NCBI GenBank assembly: GCA_965198235.1
Contig: OZ240248.1
Coordinates: forward strand, 4,896,001-4,960,000
From: Candidatus Poribacteria bacterium
GTDB taxonomy: Bacteria; Poribacteria; WGA-4E; WGA-3G
Length of the DNA: 64,000 bases
Reading direction: 5' to 3'
Position 1 is the stretch's first letter. Each line of letters starts with the position of its first letter. The notes under the pieces were generated by a model, which had not been told where the DNA came from, did no database searches, and was given only the letters and a program-made list of their open reading frames with translations. Below are positions 58,359 to 64,000 of this stretch, piece by piece. The position numbers were made by a program, and so were the translations under genes.

Positions 58359-59620
58359 CAAAATCTTCGGATTGGAAACCCCGAATTCATTCGGGGGAGG
58401 AAAACCCACTCCTGTTGTTGAAATTCAGACGCGTCAGCACTCTAAAATCAGAGGGTTTCGCATTTTGGCAAAGACGGGGTTTCCCTGACAAAGAATACAA
58501 GGAAATCCCTTGCTTTCCAAAACCAGCAATACGGGTGAGACCATACTTACTGTGTCTCACAAGAGTGTTTTTTATCAAACGACTCCAAGTCGTCCCACCA
58601 TAACGGGGTCTTTCGCCACCTTGCTGTGAGTTCTGACGATGCAGTTGACGTCTGACAATCGGTATCGGTGAAATGCACAGTAAATGCCGGTTGTCTACAA
58701 TAGGTGCACCCCCAACAGTCTCATATGCCAGACACCAACTGTCAACACAATGCGCAGCAAATGTTTCAGAAAGCTTCTTGGAAGATTTCTTCAAACCGAG
58801 GCTCTCACGAATCGCTTTCGTCTGCCATCCCCGGAGTATCAACAACTCCCACCGCTTCTGAATCTCAGCGTAGAACCACTGCTTGCCCACTTCTAACGGA
58901 CTAAAGGACTGATTCCACTTTTTCGCATGTGCTATCGTGCGTGCTTTGATATCCTCAACACAAATATGGGTGATAGGAAACATCTTCGAGAACCAGTCAA
59001 GGATCCGAAGTTTCCACTCCCATCTCACACGTGTTCCCGCAGGAACTCGCTCTCTGTTGGCAAGTCTATTGGGGCGACTTTTGCGGTTCGGACACTTTCG
59101 AGAACGTCTACCTCTCCGCAACTCACGACGCTTCTCGAGCTTCTGACTGACTTTATTATGGGCATCTGCCTGCACATTCAGATACGTATGTGCTTGACTT
59201 TTGACAGTAAAACCTTCTTTCTTACTACCGGGATCTACCCCAACGACGATTTCTTGTTTGTAATCCTTAGACGGATCCACATTCAGCCGCACACAGAAGA
59301 CACCGTTTTTCCAAAAAGGTGTCGCTTTTCCTGATTTTATCCACTTCCCCGCGCGCTGTGGCGTTGTCGGCATCAGTGGATTTTGGTATTTATCGACGAC
59401 CATAACAAACATGGTTTGTAAGTTCCCTTTCGGGTTGTATATTGCCCCATCCAGATCACGGTATCCGAGAGGAATCAGACTTGGGGAGCATCCGAAACGT
59501 CGTGCTGGCTGCCACGCCAAGATACTGCGATATTTTACTGTAGAAAACTGTTTTGTCCTATGCAGGGAACGTTTGGCTACGCTATGCATAAGCCCCCGAC
59601 TTCAGTCGGGGGTAGTTGAC
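58359..59620 (-). mobile_element. Non-autonomous IS200/IS605-family (OMEGA) element carrying omegaRNA + isrB, no tnpA
   Basis: One end GTCAACTA-CCCCCGACTGAAGTCGGGGG hairpin; other end CCCCGAATGAATTCGGGG hairpin followed by ATGAA; boundaries uncertain by a few nt. Confidence 0.85.
58387..59412 (-). CDS. isrB: IsrB RNA-guided nickase (PLMP/RRXRR, split RuvC, no HNH)
   Basis: MFVMVVD...PLMP; RuvC-I GVDPGSK; Arg-rich bridge helix RRELRRGRRSRK; RuvC-II VEDIKA; RuvC-III HCVD; RRQLH; 341 aa with no CxxC/HNH insert. Confidence 0.88.
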   Translation of the reverse strand: MFVMVVDKYQNPLMPTTPQRAGKWIKSGKATPFWKNGVFCVRLNVDPSKDYKQEIVVGVDPGSKKEGFTVKSQAHTYLNVQADAHNKVSQKLEKRRELRRGRRSRKCPNRKSRPNRLANRERVPAGTRVRWEWKLRILDWFSKMFPITHICVEDIKARTIAHAKKWNQSFSPLEVGKQWFYAEIQKRWELLILRGWQTKAIRESLGLKKSSKKLSETFAAHCVDSWCLAYETVGGAPIVDNRHLLCISPIPIVRRQLHRQNSQQGGERPRYGGTTWSRLIKNTLVRHSKYGLTRIAGFGKQGISLYSLSGKPRLCQNAKPSDFRVLTRLNFNNRSGFSSPE

Positions 59621-59640
59621 ATCTTTGATGTTTTGGCTGT
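59413..59640 (-). ncRNA. omegaRNA (scaffold about 59413-59620, guide from the flank about 59621-59640)
   Basis: About 210-nt non-coding segment upstream of isrB with a GTCAAC terminal hairpin and GGATGCTCCCCAAGTC..CCTCT...GATGGGG elements typical of IscB/IsrB omegaRNAs. Confidence 0.75.
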
Positions 59641-59729
59641 TTGGTCGTGCCGTTTCAATCCCTTTCCGCCTTAATTTGCTTATCGAATCGAAGTTTGATA
59701 AACCCTACAATCCGATACGTCTTGACTTC

Positions 59730-59758
59730 ACTATAGCAGAATTCCGGTCGGCTGTCAA
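59730..59758 (-). promoter_or_regulatory. sigma70 promoter of the original MATE operon, now upstream of the IS
   Basis: Minus strand TTGACA-17 nt-TATAGT with TGn extension. Confidence 0.65.
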
Positions 59759-59849
59759 GCGAAATCGCATCTGCTCTAACTGCTGATCACTGACACCTGA
59801 ATGTTAATTGCTGAAAACTGAATACTTTTCATTTTTAGTCGTTTTTTGT

Positions 59850-59879
59850 TTGACAGAATCCATGTAAACCTGTTATAAT
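59850..59879 (+). promoter_or_regulatory. sigma70 promoter
   Basis: TTGACA-18 nt-TATAAT with TGn extension. Confidence 0.65.
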
Positions 59880-59906
59880 GTTTCATATTTTTTCAGGAGG
59901 CAAAAC

Positions 59907-60695
59907 ATGAAGAACGCAATATTGACTTGCAAAATCTCATTCTATGGGATTGTGTGTTTTTTGGTAGCACTGACCATGTTATTTACACCGTTCGTCTCGG
60001 CAGATCTTGGAGACGGTCTTATCCTACATCATTCTTACGATGAGGGGGAAGGCACGCTCGCTGCAGACGCGAGCGGTAACGGACACGATGGTGAAATTTC
60101 CAATCCGGATTGGGTGGACGGACAGATTGGGAAGGCTCTCCGGTTTGGCGGCGACGGCAGCGACGTGTTCGTCACTGTTGAAAGCACGGATGTCTTGAAC
60201 GTGAACGAATGTACATTTGCGGCATGGATTAACGCCGACCACTGGAACGGCACGCGTCAGATTGTTGGTAAATCCGTTCACGGTGGGTGTGCGGGTAGAA
60301 CGCAATACGGTCTATTCAGCGAAGGTGGGGTTTTCAAACTTCGTTTTGAAACCGAAGGTGGCAGAGCCGACATCGCAACCGATCTTCCACCGACAGGTGA
60401 GTGGATTCACGTTGCTTTTACTAACGATGGCGAAACCGCAACAATCTACATCAACACCGAAGCGGTCGAGGAAGGCGAAGTGCCGGGTGAGCTCAAAGCC
60501 AACGACGATCCGTGGCGGATCGGGCAGGATTGTGAACGCCTCAACTATGTCTTCGCGGGCGTGATAGACGAGGTTTCTCTCTGGAGCCGTGCTTTGAGTG
60601 CTGACGAGATTGGTATGGCATCAGAATTGGGTGTGCCTGTTGATCCTCGAGCGAAATTAGCCACCACTTGGAGCAACATCAAAATTGCTCATTAA
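59907..60695 (+). CDS. Secreted LamG-like protein with VDPRAKLATTWSNIK C-terminal motif
   Basis: SYDEGEG...D.SGNGHDG, WIHVAFT, GVIDEV.LWSRALS; AGGAGG RBS. Confidence 0.88.
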   Translation: MKNAILTCKISFYGIVCFLVALTMLFTPFVSADLGDGLILHHSYDEGEGTLAADASGNGHDGEISNPDWVDGQIGKALRFGGDGSDVFVTVESTDVLNVNECTFAAWINADHWNGTRQIVGKSVHGGCAGRTQYGLFSEGGVFKLRFETEGGRADIATDLPPTGEWIHVAFTNDGETATIYINTEAVEEGEVPGELKANDDPWRIGQDCERLNYVFAGVIDEVSLWSRALSADEIGMASELGVPVDPRAKLATTWSNIKIAH

Positions 60696-60795
60696 AACAT
60701 CGTAGGCGCGCTTCCCAAGCGCGCCTATCCCTTTCCCTATCCTGCCTGAGTTCACACCTACTCGCGAGACAATATAACAAACAGCGGAGAAATAA

Positions 60796-62703
60796 ATGTT
60801 TTGGGAACAGATAAAAAGACACTGCGATGCCGGGTCTGCACACCAATTCCTCCTCCACTTTAATGTCCAAGACTTGCTACATGACGATGTTTACGGCTAC
60901 TTGCCGACTACGGAATATCTCATGGAGCAACTCAGTGTGTTGGGTTGTGAACTCGTCCTGGGATATAACACATCACAAGGCATTCATTTGCCTAACATTG
61001 GGCGGTGGCGAGCGACCCAAAAAATGCTGGACATTGTTCCGAAGTACGAGAAAACCGGTGTCTTTCATTTCCAGAGTATAGCGACATGGCTTCAGACGCT
61101 TCGGCGTTTTCAGGAAGCAGAAGATGCAAATCTCGTTGAGCATGAGATAGATCCGCTGGTCGCACGCCGAAGAATTAATGCCACTTTGGCGTTCGATAAA
61201 CCGCATGAAGACCCGTTCATGCATATAGATCCTGCCCCGTCGGAGGAGTTGCAAGAGAGATTGAACCATCTTTTGCGGCAAGACAGAGCGAGGATTGGAC
61301 TGGTTATCAACTTTTTGGAACAACTTGCACCAAACGATCCTTCGCTGAGTAGTGCCTCTAACGATGACCTGCAACGCTTTTTTAATCAGATGCAAAATTG
61401 GGCATCCGACTTGGAGATCCGAAAACGCAGACACATTATTTTGCTTCTCACTCATAACACCTTTGATATCCATCCCAATCTCACGGTGAATCCAGAGATT
61501 CCTCTGATAGAAATTCCATTCCCAGACTATGACCAACGCCACCATTTTATTGAATATCTCCACGACATTTCGGATCCCCCGTCGCAAATGCGGGCAAGCC
61601 TCGGAAACGAACGCGACAGAGAGTCCCTTGCCCGCGAGACGATAGGGCTGAACCTCTTCGGCATTCACGATGTTGTGAAACAGGCGGAGTCTACACAACA
61701 GAAGACGGGTGGTGAACCGCTTGTGAGATACCAACGTGAGAGCATTAAGACTTTCAGCCACGGAGTCCTTGAACTCGGTGAAACCTACACGAATGCCTCT
61801 GCTGATGGGTGGTATGCGATGTGGACAATTAAGGATATTGCGGACGGAATGAGACATCGGGATCTACGGCGCGTGCCACGAGGTATGCTTTTCCTGGGTC
61901 CTCCGGGCACTGGTAAGATCTACGCGGCGAAGTTACTCGCAGGTGAAGCGAACATGACGTTCGTCCAACTCCGCTACGCCAGTCAGGTCGGCGAGGTAAC
62001 CGTAAATATCAATGAGAATGGGAACACCTATGAGCGGAATCTAAATGCCGCCATCAATTTCATCCGCGGTATTTCACCAACGGTTGTTTTTATTGATGAA
62101 ATTGAACAGGCATCGCCACGGACCGCAACGCATCCAGAAGAACAGCAGCCGTTCCCACAGAGCCTCGTGAATGCTATCAGCGATCCATCTTTGCACGGGA
62201 GAGTGATATGGGTGGGAGCCTCAAGCCGTCCAGACCTGATGCCGCAGATTTTTCGACGATATGGCATTTTCGACACCAAATTAATCATGCTACCGCCAAT
62301 TGCTGAAGGTAGAATAGAAATTTTAAAGATATTCTGTCAAGGACAAGCCCCCGACCAACTCAACTTCCGGGCACTTGTCGGAGATTCAGCAACGGATGGG
62401 TTGACTTCGCGAGACCTGTTTATGATTGTTCAACGCGCAAATAACATCGCACGGCGCGATCAACGTGAAACCCTCACAGATGCCGATCTCCATCAGGCAT
62501 TGGATGACTTCATATCCGACTACTCACCAGAAATGCAGCTTTTCATGGGATTGTTAGCTTTACGAGAGGCGAATTCCCGTATCATGATCCCAGACGGACT
62601 GTTGCCGCCATATCAAGAATTTGTGGATGGCAATCGGATTGATAAAACAGGAATTAATAGACGTTTAATGGAACTGAGCAATCAACTCGGCTTAAACGCT
62701 TGA
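60796..62703 (+). CDS. AAA+ ATPase with long N-terminal region (SpoVK/Ycf46-like)
   Basis: PRGMLFLGPPGTGK, VVFIDEIE, ASSRPDL. Confidence 0.8.
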   Translation: MFWEQIKRHCDAGSAHQFLLHFNVQDLLHDDVYGYLPTTEYLMEQLSVLGCELVLGYNTSQGIHLPNIGRWRATQKMLDIVPKYEKTGVFHFQSIATWLQTLRRFQEAEDANLVEHEIDPLVARRRINATLAFDKPHEDPFMHIDPAPSEELQERLNHLLRQDRARIGLVINFLEQLAPNDPSLSSASNDDLQRFFNQMQNWASDLEIRKRRHIILLLTHNTFDIHPNLTVNPEIPLIEIPFPDYDQRHHFIEYLHDISDPPSQMRASLGNERDRESLARETIGLNLFGIHDVVKQAESTQQKTGGEPLVRYQRESIKTFSHGVLELGETYTNASADGWYAMWTIKDIADGMRHRDLRRVPRGMLFLGPPGTGKIYAAKLLAGEANMTFVQLRYASQVGEVTVNINENGNTYERNLNAAINFIRGISPTVVFIDEIEQASPRTATHPEEQQPFPQSLVNAISDPSLHGRVIWVGASSRPDLMPQIFRRYGIFDTKLIMLPPIAEGRIEILKIFCQGQAPDQLNFRALVGDSATDGLTSRDLFMIVQRANNIARRDQRETLTDADLHQALDDFISDYSPEMQLFMGLLALREANSRIMIPDGLLPPYQEFVDGNRIDKTGINRRLMELSNQLGLNA

Positions 62704-62875
62704 TCCCTACAACTCTCCCATTTCCCCGCTGTAGGGGCGATCTTCAAATCCATTCGCTGTCGGCTTTCAGGGCGGGGGCTACACCACCTCTCAGTCATCA
62801 GGGTGCGACAGATATAATTCACTTCTAATTTTAACAGTCTTTTCTGCTGACTGCTGATTGCTGACCGCTTTCTTG

Positions 62876-62899
62876 TAGGAGGGATCTCCGAATCCCGAC
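62876..62899 (+). repeat. GTAG-type REP-like element (GTAGGAGGGATCTCCGAATCCCGAC); other GTAG/GGCGAGGT hairpins at about 21338-21408, 24892-24921, 33419-33492, 52066-52086, 60702-60728 and 63803-63825
   Basis: GTAG foot plus short hairpin in intergenic positions. Confidence 0.65.
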
Positions 62900-62924
62900 T
62901 CCTTCTTCGCTCTTTTATTTTTTC

Positions 62925-62953
62925 TTGACGGATGTTTTCCCGTTTGCTATAAT
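62925..62953 (+). promoter_or_regulatory. sigma70 promoter
   Basis: TTGACG-17 nt-TATAAT with TGn extension. Confidence 0.65.
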
Positions 62954-62986
62954 ATCTTAATCTTTACCTATAGGGAGGAAAATCTG

Positions 62987-63763
62987 ATGAAACTGGCTAT
63001 TTGTTTATCTATCACACTACTTTTAGTGGTGACACCCTTCGCTATGTCTGTTGGTCCAGAGGAATTTCTGGACGGCTTGGTGGTATACCATCCTTATGAT
63101 GAAGGAAAAGGTGCCGAAGCGGAAGACCTTAGCGGAAACAAACATAACGGTGAAATTGACAATCCGAAATGGGTTAAGGGGAAATTCGGAATGGCGTTGG
63201 AATTCGGTGGTGAAGGCAGCGATGTTTTTGTCACTGTCGAAAGCACTCCCAAACTGAACGTGGATGAAATGACGTTCATGGCGTGGGTCAACGCTAATAG
63301 TTGGAACGGCACACGCCAGATTGTCGGTAAATCCGTTCACGGTGGATGTGGCGGTAGAGTCCAATACGGTCTGTTCAGTGAAGGTGGGACTTTTAAACTC
63401 CGTTTTGAAACCGAAGCAGGTCGCAATGATATTTCAACAGATCTGCCTGACACCGAGAAATTTATCCATATTGCTTTCACCAACGATACCAAGAAAGGTA
63501 AGATCTACATCGATGGCAAAGAAGAAGTTGAAGGGGATGTCCCCGGTAAACTCAAAGGCAACGACGATCCGTGGCGGATTGGACAGGATTGCGAACGTCT
63601 TCAGTATGTTTTCGATGGGATTATCGACGAGGTCCGTCTCTGGAATCGTGCCCTGAGCGAGGATGAGATCAATACGTTCATGGAACAAGGTGTGGATGCG
63701 CTCGCTGTTGAAGCGACTGGGAAACTTTCAACTACCTGGGGTCGCCTGAAAGCAGGACGTTAA
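62987..63763 (+). CDS. Secreted LamG-like protein, close paralog of 59907-60695
   Basis: Shared WNGTRQIVGKSVHGGC and NDDPWRIGQDCERL; ends AVEATGKLSTTWGRLK. Confidence 0.88.
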   Translation: MKLAICLSITLLLVVTPFAMSVGPEEFLDGLVVYHPYDEGKGAEAEDLSGNKHNGEIDNPKWVKGKFGMALEFGGEGSDVFVTVESTPKLNVDEMTFMAWVNANSWNGTRQIVGKSVHGGCGGRVQYGLFSEGGTFKLRFETEAGRNDISTDLPDTEKFIHIAFTNDTKKGKIYIDGKEEVEGDVPGKLKGNDDPWRIGQDCERLQYVFDGIIDEVRLWNRALSEDEINTFMEQGVDALAVEATGKLSTTWGRLKAGR

Positions 63764-63839
63764 GGTAGGCTTAAGGTCGAAATTTGCAAGATGATTTTTA
63801 CTGGCGAGGTTTCCGAACCTCGCCCTATCAATTAAAAAA

Positions 63840-64000
63840 ATGCCCGAAATTTCAAAAACAACTCCATGTAGAAATTGCGATGCGCAGCTTGTGGCAGAGA
63901 CATTCGCCAAAAACCTAAAGGTCTGCCCACACTGCGATTACCATCACTATATGAGTGCTCATGAGCGACTCAACCTCATCATAGATGCGGACAGTTTTAA
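63840..64000 (+). CDS. accD: Acetyl-CoA carboxylase carboxyltransferase beta subunit, 5' partial
   Basis: Manual translation MPEISKTTPCRNC...NLKVCPHCDYHHYMSAHERLNLIIDADSF, the C4 zinc-finger N-terminus of AccD. Confidence 0.8.
   Translation, partial: MPEISKTTPCRNCDAQLVAETFAKNLKVCPHCDYHHYMSAHERLNLIIDADSF

Noticed and set aside
58359-58409. N-terminal extension of the MATE ORF (MGFPPPNEF...)
   Set aside because: It is derived from the IS end hairpin; cannot be excluded as a rescue start but is not native
59413-59589. 59-aa N-terminal extension of the IsrB ORF
   Set aside because: It overlaps the omegaRNA scaffold; the PLMP domain indicates the start at 59412

Overview
Bacterial chromosomal window of moderate GC with near-consensus sigma70 promoters. 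The gene families point to Candidatus Poribacteria (inference): internalin-type LRR proteins with dockerin, cohesin and a NYPNPFNPETWIPY C-terminal domain; LamG proteins ending in VxxxGKLxTxWGxIK; a CRTAC1/ASPIC protein; orphan ABC-2 permeases; a sulfatase. The first 16 kb is a tandemly duplicated two-gene module of secreted LRR proteins: a short LRR-dockerin protein and a long protein with two CxxCH motifs, LRRs, two cohesins and a dockerin. The rest is housekeeping and metabolic genes (5'-truncated clpB, trpA, mtnP, argS, mobA, moeA, start of accD), toxin-antitoxin pairs, a metal-uptake TonB operon and a non-autonomous IS200/IS605 element with isrB and omegaRNA. Signals the ORF track misses: (1) a rhodanese whose catalytic Cys codon is an in-frame UGA (probable selenoprotein, 56095-56934); (2) a CxxC plus RAPP (DUF2946/CruR-like) arrest-leader gene ahead of the TonB operon; (3) one short sequence, GTTTTTGCTTGGGTGTTTC..CCCC, inserted into four unrelated REP-like elements, always on the + strand, in 1-4 tandem copies; (4) several gene relics made by deletion or repeat-mediated fusion (ECF sigma relic, clpB, aspartic protease, PIN toxin). 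No rRNA, tRNA or CRISPR array was seen. All calls come from reading motifs; no database search was run.
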